Assembly: GCF_002571385.2 (NCBI RefSeq)
Contig: NW_019217939.1
Span: forward strand, 1 to 64,000
Length of the DNA: 64,000 nucleotides
Direction: 5' to 3'
Source: Stylophora pistillata
Taxonomy: Eukaryota
The position numbers were made by a program, and so were the translations under genes. The notes beneath the pieces are model-generated. The model saw only the letters and a program-made list of their open reading frames with translations, did no database searches and was not told where the DNA came from. Below are positions 36,401 through 49,400 of this stretch, piece after piece (positions within the stretch are counted from its first letter, which is position 1; every line of letters starts with the position of its first letter).

Positions 36401-39400
36401 TTGCCCCATAAAGAGAGTTTATTCACACGAACAAAAGGGCATTACATCTGGGATTTCACCATTGCATTCTTATGAAAAAAGAGGCAGCTCATTTCATTTG
36501 GACTTTTCTTCGGGCTGAGAGGAGGACAATTTTAATGAAATCACTTTCTGTGACTGACAGTTCACGCTTTATTGTACCTGATACGGCGAGGGAAAAATAG
36601 AAAGTTTATCCCTTGAAATCCAGAATTGGAGTAAAATGCGCGAATTGAAAGACTTGTTGAGAAAAATAAATGCATCACTACCGGTACAGGCATATGAATT
36701 GAGACACCTGCTGGTGTTTGCTTGAACTCGGTAATTTATGCAAAACTTGTCAAAATACTCTCCTACGTCATTAGTATGGCCATTAATCACATTTTAAATT
36801 ACAAGTGCGGATTTCTGCACGCTCAACTCTATACAGAGTAGTCCTAACTACGGCTTTCTCGAATACTCTCTGCAGGTGTTTACGTGTGTTAAAGTAAAAA
36901 CACCTGCGCGTTGTAAGATAGGGTCTGGGGAGAGTATAAATACTCAAATGAGATTGGGGAGAGGCGTGAAAAAATAACTCGTCTCCTAAATTTAGGTTAA
37001 TTTTAGTTACAAGAGTAGCCAGGCTAAGAAAGGTACGTGAGTGAGGGTGATTTGCGAAGTTTCTTACTTTTTTAATATTAATTCAATTGTTTTGGCTCTC
37101 ATGGAAAATTATGTGTAAAATGCCGCCAATTTTACTGAGGTAGAACGCAAATTGCTTGCTTCATTCACATCGACCATTCGAGAATAATAAAATTGAAAGC
37201 ATTCTGGCCTCTCTTCTTTCATTTAGGTTACGCAGAGTGCGAAACGAAAGACCTTACTTCTCTAACCTTGAGTCTTACAGCATCAACCTCGTTTTCAGGC
37301 ACACCTAATTCGCGCGACAAGCGCTCCTCTGCCCTTAGCGCCCATTCCAAACAGCTCTTGAGCCCGCACTCAAATTCGTGCCAGTCAATGGAAGACTTAA
37401 GCATCTCCTCTTGTCTCCTCTGAAGGCGTTCTTTCACATGGAGAAACCGCTGATCAAGGGAAATCAATTTGACTTTAGCCTTATCGACGTCTGGGGGAGG
37501 GAAAAGCCCAAGGACTTCACTTGCTCTGTCCTTGACTTCAAGGATAATAGACTCCTGGAAGTCCAAATTGTCTGATAGCATCTGTAACGATGAAGCACAA
37601 AAACGTACGAATGTCAAGTTTTAAAATGAGAGGAAGCACGAAAACCAGGTATGAATATTGACAAAAGCCATTTGTGGGTCTCTATGCTGAGTCTTCTTCT
37701 TTGGGGGGTGGGGAGATCCTAACATCATAAAGTATAAACAACCTATGCTAGAAGCTGTTTGACTAACCTCAAAGATGGGACGAAGTTCAAAACGTATGAC
37801 TAAGCTCTACGAAGGATAACGAAGGACCCCTTTTTCAAGCTAAATCGACAAACCTATCCCACACCTTCCCGACGGCGCGCCGACGTAACGGCAACTAAAG
37901 GTTACGAGACAATCCATAGCAAAATTGCAAAACAATGTATTGTATGATCCGCTAAGTCCTGCCCCCTTCGTCGTTTTCAAGGTGCGTTTCGGCAATCAAA
38001 CACTGCAAGTCGAGCCGCAACAAACTACTGAATGATGTTTTACATGATTGAGCACAATGAGCCTTGAAGAGGTCCCGCGCTTGGAACCTTGTTACTGGGG
38101 TTCGGCACGGTTCTAAAAAGATTATAGCTTGTACTAACCTGATGTGTCTCTCTTCGATCCTCCAATTCTCCATCATCAATGGACTGGAAATCCAAAGACT
38201 TCTCTATCATGGCCAAGTTGCGAAAGCACGTGTCCATATCGTTCTGGAATTCCTGCCACTTCCAAAGTGTCTCTTCAAACTCCTCCTCTTTCTCGGCCAC
38301 ATGATCTTCAAGATTTTCACATTTGGCTTTAAGCGTGGCAAGCTGTTCCCCAAGCTCCTCGCTTTCTTTCAAAGGGACGGAGTTCATCAGATGTTGACAT
38401 CTGCTATCGAGGTCTTCAAAGGAACCATGAAGATCAGAAACCTCTTTGCTGATGGTCTAAGAGAGGAAAACACATTATCTACGAATCTGTGGTATGTTTC
38501 AGAAAAACAAGAGTTCAAACGGAAAGTAACGTTGACACAGGTGTCACTTCCGTAGTTGAAAAAGCACCGTGTTATGAGTTTTGCTACGCTCTCCGGATGT
38601 TATGTGCGGCCATCCTAAGTACATCACGTATTTCTCAAATAATTCACTTTTAGCCACCTCCAAGTAAAGCATTTTCAGAGGAAGGTAAGATCCTTACAAT
38701 TTGCTCCTCAGAGAGGGATAAATAGAACATTCCAGCTCTCACCTCATAGTTCTCCCTTTGCTCTAAAACTCTCGTGGAATCATAACTGGACGCTGTAAGG
38801 TCTTCTGTTGACGCCGCCAATTCGTCCAACCTTCTGGAAACTGTCTCCATCTCGTCATTCAGAGCATTTACTGCATGACATTGCTCTGTTTCTGCTATTT
38901 TGTCATGGAGTTTTGTCTGCAATGCCTCCCATTTCTCACCTAACTCATCGACTTTATCTTGTACCTCATCTCGTCCCTGCGATCCATTAGGTTTCATCGT
39001 AGTGAGAAGTTTGGCCTTTTCTCTCACGATCTGGAGTAGGGGAGTGACATCATATAACTGTTGCCGGCATTCCTGGAGGCAACAAAGGAGTAAACAAAGG
39101 AGTAAACAAAGGAGTAAACAAAGGAGTAAACAAAGGAGTAAACAAAGGAGTAAACAAAGGAGTAAACAAAGGAGACTTGACGTCATTTTAAATCTCCCTG
39201 GAATAATCTTACACGTGTTTAGTATGCACACATTTTAAACATAGGATGTTTCGTCTCAGCAAGAGCTCGCCGCAGTTTCATTCAGACACCTTAACAGCCT
39301 CGTAAAATTGAGCTTTTAAGCCTGACAATGACAGCGATATGTCTGCAAACAGAATTGAGCCGGACCAAAAAAAAAACCGCAAGTACACTATTCTTTTCGT

Positions 39401-40440
39401 GAAAAACGGTTCTCGCAGGCGCGTAGCGTCCTCTACGCATATACGCACGTGCGTACTTGAAGTGACCAGACAGATTTAAAAACAATGTTGTGTTTGCGCC
39501 AAGTTTGCTCAAAATAAGGGCAAGACGCTTTGTTCTTTGCTTGTATTCACACAACTATTTCAAACAAGAAATAAAGAACGCAGTATTTTCCGCTCAGTTT
39601 ACTTAGTTTTCTAGATCATATGTACTTGTGCGTACTTGAAAAAATGACCACGCTACGCGCTTGTCTCGCCGAAGTATATTTTCACCCACGCAAAAGGGCT
39701 CATAAACTAGTGAAGCTAGAATATCAAGAAGCATAAACGGCGTGGGTCTTAACATTATGAGATATTCCCAGAAGAAAAATACCCAACAATCAAGATTTTA
39801 CCTCAAAGTCGGATCTGTTTAGCGTTTCATCCTCGAGCCTCTCCTCTATTTCACGCAGGCAAACATTTGCTTTAACTAATGCTTCGCGATATTGTTTGTG
39901 AGACGAAATAGTCTCGTGCAGTTCTTGTTGTTTCTTTCTGGCGTCGTTGCGAAGTGCTTTGAAACTAACTGCAGCGGACTCTTGATCCATGGACTCCTTC
40001 CAAGGTATTGTTGACGCAACATCTGTCATGCTTCCCATAAGAGATTCGAAAATCTCTAGTTTCCCTCTTAAATCCTACGGGACAAAATTTCATATTTAGA
40101 ATAAGGGATCCAATGAAATAGCGAATAGAGTTCAATCTCAAACGGGTTGTCACAATCTTACGGAAAGAAATAAATAACGTGGACACCTTAATAAGACCGA
40201 TAAAAGCAGCAGGGAATCAATTGAAACCCATAAAACCCCAAGCCTCCAAACATTTGCCGTAAATATGCTGAGGAAATATCATTATAATTTCATCGAAATG
40301 GTTGACAGATCAATCAAAAGGTTTGTAATGTTATGACTGAAGGTACTTTAGAACCTGGCGACCATTCCTAATCTACTAGTCCTCTAAATAATGTGCTTGT
40401 TGAGTATTTACATTGTTTGGTGAATAATCAATTCTGATGA

Positions 40441-40481
<41 letters not shown>

Positions 40482-43400
40482 AACAGGATGATGTGGCATC
40501 GTGTCTCACTTAGATCAAGAAGAGCCTGCAGGAGCGACTTGTCATCCTTACAGAGTACCAAACAAGACTCTAGCAAGTCACTTCACGGCATGTCTTCTAA
40601 AATTAGCCGCTAGTAATCTAATGAGGCAGTTGGGAGCCAGATAAAACTTTGGCGTAGGTTAGATCGAATTTGCTGATCCTAGCAGGGTGTGGGACGCATG
40701 CCGCTTGCACTTATGAATCAATAACGAGGATTGGCCCGCTAAGAAATGCCCTATGGTTCAATGGAGGAAAATGGACGACTATGGGATCGAGCCTTCATCG
40801 GAGACTCATATTTTGGTATAGTTCCTCACTCGTGAAAAAATCTTTTCCGCTTCTAGACACATTTAGCACGCTTCACACAAAACTGATCCTAGGACACAGA
40901 ACACACGTGTCACACCTCCAGCTGACATAAGACCCAACTCGGTACGAGTCCCCCTCTAGTTCTACGTCGGTGATGGAAAAGATAATCGGTAAGCGGAATG
41001 TTATACGGGTTCGCTACTGTAAATATTTTTGTCGCTCAGTACAAGTATTAAGAACATTTTCTTTGAGGGAAGCTGCGCCTTGCTTTTGTTCGTGACAAGA
41101 CTTTACCTCTCTTTGCATTGTTTATGTGTACTTCAGAATACTGATGTTACATAGTTCGTCATCAATACTCGAAATGCAGCGATTAGAGAGAGAAGAGTTA
41201 ACACTGTCCAACTTACTTAATTTCTCGTGCGTCTTGTAGTTAATTGAAGAACCACTCTTACAAGGGCAATTTACAGACAAGATATCCAGGAGGATTAACA
41301 AGACACGCACAGATTACAAAATGTGTTATTCTTGTGATATTGCCCCAATCTCGTTTAATTTATAAAAAAACAAATCTACGCAGTCACGCCAAGTGGGAGG
41401 GCAGGCTAATGAGGTCATTAAAAAAAGGGAAATAATGCGGCAATTTACCACCAGTTCATTTTGAGGCAATCAACTGTGTCAGAAGATTGACAGTTGGTTG
41501 TAAAAAAAAGGCAAAGTCTTATTTTAGAACATTTTATAAATATCAATATCCAAACGCTAAAATCATAATATTTCGCGGATGTTTTTAGCTGCCGTTTGTT
41601 TTCATATTCAGACAATGTGATCGTCGCTTGGTCTGTTATTTTAAACAAAGCTTTTGTCCAATAACATTATTTATATCAGCAGGAAATGAGTATGGGATTT
41701 TTTTCGCTTCCTATGCAAATTTTCGTATTTTAGGAGCGAATAAACAAAAGTTAATTTCACCTGGCGAAAAAGGTTACCTCGCTGGCGTTCAGCATATTTT
41801 GGAAGGACTATCGTCGAAGTAAATATCAATTCTCGAGTAGCTACATGTGGGTTATAAAAATTGAAACATTCGCCATGTTCACGGTAAAAAACGGGAAATA
41901 TTCTCAGGGAGGTTGACAGAACATTGTTGATTTGAATATGCAAACTAGTGAACACTCGCTCAATTTGGCAAAAACTACTCATACGTTGAGACGTTAATGA
42001 TAAAAAAAAATCAAATATCGATTCAAAATAAACTAAAAATTATAATGAAGATAACTGAGATCAATAGATCGACTCAAATAAAACAACAATTTTGGATGAA
42101 TTTTTCCTCTTTGTAAAACAATTGCGACGTTTGCTTCAAGGACGCAGTTTCTTTGTGGAAGATTTAAGTAATTACTGTTTAACTTTCACCAAAAGCATGT
42201 CGACAGTTCTTGAATCATACGTAAAATTCTAAATCAAAGCTATAAGCATTTAACTAAAATTAGGTATAAATAAATAAATTACCTGAGTTTTCGGTTCTAA
42301 CGCTGACATGTCTGCCTCCGTAGTAGAGTTTATATCATAGAGCAGTGCGTCAATTTCTTTAGCTTCTAACTTTGCTTGCTCCACCATATCAAGATGTTTC
42401 ATACAGCTGGATATTCCATCTTCGAGAAGCAAACGTTGTTCATTCAACTGATCTTTCGCTTTCTGCCAATCTTCGTTCAGCATTCGAAGTCTGTCCATGA
42501 ACTCTTTCCGCTCAACCTCATTCAGTTTTCCGCTGACCTGTTCACCTCGTGTGTTCGAGGATTTTTGTCTAATTTCGACGTCTTTTTGTAACTCCTTGGA
42601 ACAAAGTGAAAAAACAAATTGGTCAGAGGACTTGTTGTGACCTGACATGGCGAATACTGAGTGACATGGCGAATACTGCGTGACATAACAATACGCAACA
42701 ACAAGAACAAACAACAAAGAACAAAGCAAACCAGGCAAAGTAAAGCAAAACAAAACAGACAACGGCTGATGGAAAAACTATCATATGCGTGTATTTTTTT
42801 TCTCCATCAAATTCCATCAACTACGCAACGAGAAAACCAGACACGTGGGGACAGCGTCGATAAAAAATTTTCGATTTTTGTTTTTTTCAAAGAAATGAAA
42901 ACAAGCGTAACCACGTTCCTTACAAAACGGTCAAAAGAAGTAAAAGTAAAGAAAGTTTTTTTGAAAAATCATCGAATAAATATGATTTTAGAATTGAGAC
43001 CACTCCAATCTATCCGTAATGGTTTTTTTCCACTGAGGCTGAGTCTTTAATCTGGCGCGGTCCTTGCAGCTTTCGAAAACTCGTCGTACGCTAGTTATTG
43101 AAACAAAATTGGAGATCAGACGAGCGCAGTGAACTGTGTGTACCTGTCTGCACCGTAAAAAGCCTCTATTTGACAAGCGTAAACATTGCGGGTAAATATT
43201 GCAAAACCTGTCATTCGACAGAGGAGCTCCAAATCTATAACACAAAGGTTAAATTCAGTCCCATTCGTTCAAGAGCAACACAGAATCGTTAGGAGCTCTC
43301 GCTGACATGGTAAAATCTCATACGAGAAACCAAAAATAACACGAACACATTTGAAAAGATCTCTAGATTAGGAAGACATGATGGTCATTGCCTGAAAAAA

Positions 43401-46400
43401 AACGCAATAAGGAATCGATGTCATCAGCAACTCTTTTCTTTGCAACCGACTTTCAGTCAGCAACAATAAAGCTATTTTTGAATGAAACAATTTAACCGAT
43501 ATTATATAACTAAGTCAAAAAATGGGCATTGGGAAAAAGAAAAAAAAAAAAGGGAAAAAAAGGAAACGTAGGAGAGCGCCGAAAGATATGGAACAGGATC
43601 CATTTAAAACTCAGCCAACCTGCTCGTAGGGATCACTGCAATTACCAGCAGCAATTACTTGGAAAGCAAAGAGGAATTAACGAAATGAAATACTCTATCT
43701 TAGGGTATAAAAATTCCTACGTTTTCTCAAAATCTTCTGAAACACCTGAAGAACACCAAACTTAATCGCCGAATTCGCCGTCGCTTCCTGGTTAGATTCA
43801 CAGTTGTCGCTGACTACTTCAACCCATGATCAGGCATAACATTAAAAAAATACTTCGAGCACTTCCAATATTCAAATATTTCTGTCCTGCTCAAAACGAC
43901 TTACAAAGATGTTAATTTAAGATTAGAGATGCAAATATTTCGTGACAATCTTTCAAGCTATAGCAACGACCGCCGCCGGTTTGCTCTCCATGAACAATCG
44001 TCCTCATCAAAAGCTAAATGTCAACAGGAATTTAAAAACGCGTTTACTCACCGCATTTCCCTCCACGTAAATATAATAAAAAATCTCTGGGATCATAGTC
44101 ATGGTGAAAAGACAATAAAAAATCTTTGCCTGTGGTCCATAGGGGAATACAGTCGTTTCGCCGTTTACTGGCAGTAATAAAAACATCAATCGCATGTGCT
44201 ATTGTTTGAAAACAAAGACGATGAAGCGGCGAACTTCATTTGAAATTCAAACAATGAGGTTCATTATTTTTCATGTTGAAAACTTACGCGCCCTGTCATT
44301 TCATCAGCAACAGCAATAGAAATTGCGTTAGCTTATATCGCTCGCTCATATGGTGGTTTGAGGCGCTGCGAGGCCGTGTTACAACGAGAGGAATGGGAAA
44401 AACATCTCCTCTCGCTGAGATTCTCAGCTGAATGTTTCCTTAAAAAAAAAAAAAAAAAAAGCAGCGCCTTCTCTTTTAAGTAATTTTTTTCAAAAACCTT
44501 TGAATAGACTATAATGGAAAGTGATTCTCATAAAAAAAAATTAACATGAAATCAAGACTAAACTTTGCTTTTGAAAATCACTATCAGCAGGAGTTTCAAA
44601 AACCTTGTCCATAAGCGGCTGTTCTGCAAGGTATCGCGCACAATGCCTATTGTTCTCGAGACATTTACTTGCAGTAGCGAAAAAATTATAGATCTGTAAT
44701 ATTAGCGGCGAAACGAATTCTGGAGAGTGCGCATTCCTCTTCAGAGAATATTGCTTTAGCTCATTAGCTTCTAAAGGCGAAGCTTAGAAACAGTAGCTTA
44801 GCTTAGAAAGTTATTGTTTACACTATTGTCAGAAAAAATCAAACATAACACGCGTGTGTTTCAGGCTGGAATAGCGCTCGATTTTAAAACCGTCAGTTAC
44901 ACATTCATCTCTTTTTACATCTTACTCAACAAGCACCTTACCCGTTTAGGATTCGATTTTCATCAGAAAAAATCCACCCGCACAATTACTCTATAATAAA
45001 AAATAATGGGAAATCGAAACCCCTCTATGAATTTCTCATTGTTCCTTCAGCCCTTATTCAAGAGATTTATTCATTCTGCTGAAATAAATTCTTTATAGCA
45101 AGCACCAAGACTTGATCTCATTTGATATCTACTTACCTTTAAATTTTCCAGTTTTTCTTGAGCATCCTGCAAAGATACAGGAACTTGGTGTTCAGCGGCA
45201 GATCGTTCAAATATCACCGCGGCTTCCCTGCTTTCACTTTCAAACAGTTCACAGTCTTCCGTAAAGTGCTTGCAATCATTATCAGCATTCAGCAACAGTT
45301 GCTTCAGTTCAGACATCCGCGCTTTCACCTTTGCAACTTCGTGTGCCTTAACGCTTTCTTGGAAGCTTCCGGCATATGTGAGATACTCATCAATCTTGGT
45401 AATGTGGGCAGCAAGAGCTTTCAACCGCTCTGACATCCGGTTGCTATCAAGAGTTACGCTGGTCTCGTTTTCCTCCAGCAACATTACAGCATCAGCAACT
45501 AAATTTTCCGAAGACTTAAGCCAGCCTCCCAAGGTCTGCTGCTCGGCAACCAGATTTCGTAATTCTTCGATTCGTTTAGGAATCAACTCTTTCAACCTAG
45601 TTCTCGTCTCATTCAGCAGACGAAATCGTCTTTTTATTTCTTCTTTCCTTTCTTGAGGAGTAAAACTCACCATCATATCCTCATTCCCAGTCAATGATTC
45701 ATAATCTCTTTCCCTCTCCAAAAACTCTTGATCAACTGCCTGGCATACGACGAGTTCTTCCTCAGTCTGCTCTACCTCACCATTTTTGGCGATGACGTCC
45801 AAGTCAACGGTACCGAGTTTTTCTAAAAGGTTTTTGTACAGTGTTAATAACGCTATGCACTCGTTATCAAAGTCCTTCAGTTTTTCCAGCTGGATTATTT
45901 CTTCACCAAGCTGCTGTTGTGTTGCATGTACTTCTTCCGCTAACTCTCGTAAATCTTTTTCTATCGCATTCTCACCGACGTCTTTCCGCTTAGCGCTTGC
46001 TTTAGCAATTTGGTCCGTGATGAAAGGCAACTCACAGGAATCGAGTTTCGCCAAAGCAACTCTCTTTGATGTAATTCTTTCACTTATCCAGCTTTCGCTT
46101 TCAAGATCACTTGACTCAGGGTTCTGTTGGCCTCTTACTTCCATCAACAAGTTCCTTGTGCGATCAAGATCAGTTACCAGTTTGGTATGTTGCTTGGTGC
46201 GGCTTTTAATCTCAGCATCCCTGTCTCCCAATTTTTCTTTTACATTTTTTAAATTACTAGATATCTCTTGAAGCTTCGACAGCAGCTGCTCTTTACGCTG
46301 TCCTTCCCCTTTGATCTTGTTACACCGCGCCAACAGTTCTTGAAAAAGTTTGTATTTAGTTTCCAGAATAGAACGGAATTCTGTGTTAGCAATAAGAGCG

Positions 46401-49400
46401 TTTTCTAATTCGTCCATCTGAACTACTGGTGGAATGTCTGTGTGGGTAAAAGGAGTACAAACATCCTGCACCCAGCATTGCAACTTCGCGATGTCTTGCG
46501 CAACATTTTTTACCTCGGCCTTCTCTTTCTCTAGTTCGTTTAGTTTTCCCAAGGCCTCGTCTTTAACCTCTTCCCATCTCCTAACAACAACCGTCAGCTT
46601 TCGTTTGGGATCAAGATCTTTCTGTTCATAAGCAACATTTGGAAGCTCATCGCATCGATCGGTAAGAAGATCAAGTTTGTTACGGTAGGATTTGATTCTG
46701 GAGCACAGCTCCTGCATTTTCTCCACTCGTTCCTCCACGGATCCTCTATCTTTATCGCGTGCTAAAATTGCAGCTTCGAGTTCCTGAATACCTTCTTGGC
46801 AAGTATTATAGTCTTCTTCGAAATCTTTTTTTGTCTGAGCTAAACGCTCAAGCTCGCGCAGCTTTTCTCCTACTGAAGCTTTGAGCTTTCCCCAATCTCC
46901 TTGCAGATGTCCAGCTTTTCCACTAGGGGTATTACGTCCGCTGTGATTGATGTCGTCAGATAACAGCTTCGCTTCCCTCTCCCACAAGGCTGCCATGTGA
47001 TTGTCACGTGATTCCATGTCTCCATAAAGTCTTTTGAGCTTTCCCATTTGATCTTCCAAGGTTTCCACTGTATAAGAAACATCGACAGGCACAGCCGCTT
47101 GGTAAATGGTTAGTAAACTTTCACAGCGAGCTGACTCTTTATCTAACTCAATAATATTAGTTATTCGTTCTTCTGCGCGATGGACGCTTTCTTTTGAATA
47201 TTTATCCGCCTCATTCAACGCTGTTTGAAGCTCCCAAGTCGACTTTTCTAATTGTGGCTTTTCGCTGGAATCGACCCTTGTCAAAAGCATATCACATTTC
47301 TCAACAAGGCTCTCAACATTTGTCTTCTCTGATTCAAGCTCTGAAGCCGTTTGCTTAAGCTGACCAAGGACTTCGTTTGCAGTTTGAATATCAGATCTCT
47401 CTGAATCACAGTTCTGAAGAGATTCATGCAGCGCTTTAACGCGAGCTAAACAAACTTCAACATCACCATGAATGTCTCCAACTTCGCTAATCCATGACTC
47501 AAGTTGTTCATGCATAATACGAGCATGTGTACTAATGTTCTGCCATTCACCCTTAACTTCCTTCAACTTGTCTTGCAACGACCCCCTCAGTTCATCACAC
47601 TTGCCTGTCACATGATTACCTTCCTCTTCTAATAAACGAATCTGCTCTTCAAGTTCCTGGCATTTCTCAACTTGCTGTCTCTGTTTTTCAAGCTGGACGT
47701 TTGAGTTGTCTTTATCCGCTGAATATTGACCACCATCTACAGAATAGTTCTTTAATTCGTCTAAAGCTGCCTTGCAACGTTCTAAGCAAACGTTGTAATT
47801 GTCTTTCGCTTGAAGAAATGCCAGTAAGGTGTCTTCCTTATCAACTGCATCTCCTCTAAGTATTTCCCATTTCTTTTTAAGGGAATCAAGTTTTCCCTGA
47901 AGATTGCCGTCATCTTTCTCTTCAACAACATCCAAACCTCTGTTTTTCTCTTCCATCGAGATCAATACATCATAATATGATTCAATTTTGGGCAGCAACT
48001 CTTTTAGCTCAGCATACTGCTTTTCCGCCCTTGAATCATCCAAAGAGTACATAATAGCAGAATCAACAATTTCAGCGGCATTGTTTAACCATTCTAGCGA
48101 TTCCTCTAACTGTCTTTTGCTTTCCGTGTATTCGTTGATCTTCACCTCTGTTTCCTTCAGAAGCTGGGGGAGTTCTTTATCAAGATCTTCAAAATTCTCA
48201 CTTGCTTTTACCAGCCTGTCTTGAACTCCGCTATGTGCAACAAGGTCTTTATTCCTCTCAAGAAAACTGCGAAACTCCTCTTGTTTATCATCCATACCAG
48301 TTTGCAAATAACGCAACTCATTAAGATGTTCAGCCAAAATGTTCCAGCTCACTGGACACTGTAAAGGCTTCTGGAAGACGTCATTTGCTTGGTGCAACCA
48401 GTTTTCATAATGTGTTACTTCGTCTTGAAATTCCTCTGCTTCTCTGAGATGCTGCTCCAATTCCACGCACTTGGCGGCCGACTCATCCTGTAATCCCATC
48501 AAAGTGTCGCACAAACTGTTAAGTTCTTGTGAGAGCGAATCTTCTATCGCAGTTGAAACTTTCCCAATGCCTTGACCAACCTTTTCTTTGGCTTGCATAA
48601 TACCATCTAGCACTGTGGTCGACTCATTATTTAGATTTTGGCATTCGAAAAGCTCTTCTTCAAGCTGCGGTATGTTTCCAAGCTCGAAAACTTCTTCGTT
48701 ATTAGCTATCAATTCCTTTTTCTGCGACAACCACTCTTTACACGAAGATATTTGCTCTGTAACGTCACTAACATCATTTACGCAGTGTTCCACATCTCCG
48801 AGCTTTGCCGACAAACGCTTGTGCATTTCTTCGAATTTGGCTTCCAACGAACTAAGTCGACCTTCTTGTTCTGACTTAAACCCCTCGTTTGTTTCAAGTG
48901 GTGAATTTTCTACTTTACTTCGTAACCTTTCCATTATTTGTTCATAAGAGGCGCATTCATTGCTCAAACTTTTGAGTCTCTCAACCTGTCCAACGACCTC
49001 TTCCATTCCTTGAGAATGGTCGGACACAGAAGATATTTCCTTTTCGACATTATCTACCCAACTAATGACTTCTTCGCAGCTGTCATTTAGTTCTTTCTCT
49101 AAAGCAATTCGACGTTCTGTATCCGCTATCTTATCCGAGAAGCGAGCGAGCAACATTTTCCATTTATCTACAACTTCTGAGTAACCATCCGTGGCATCTT
49201 TTGATGTCGAAGTTTGATCTTTCTTCTCGCTAAGGCGAAAAACCAAGGATCTTTGAGACAAAGCATCTTCGAACTTCTTCTTCAAGTCTTCGACGTAAGC
49301 TTCCATTTCCTCTATGTCAGTAAAACATGGCGTCTCAGACAACACGGTGTTTTCAATTTCCTGCAAGATATCCCTGCACTGTCTCAACTCAGCTTCAAAT

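Noticed and set aside
39073-39231. (LLCL)n hydrophobic stretch resembling a signal peptide or TM segment
   Set aside because: Translation of the intronic 12-bp minisatellite upstream of a good acceptor
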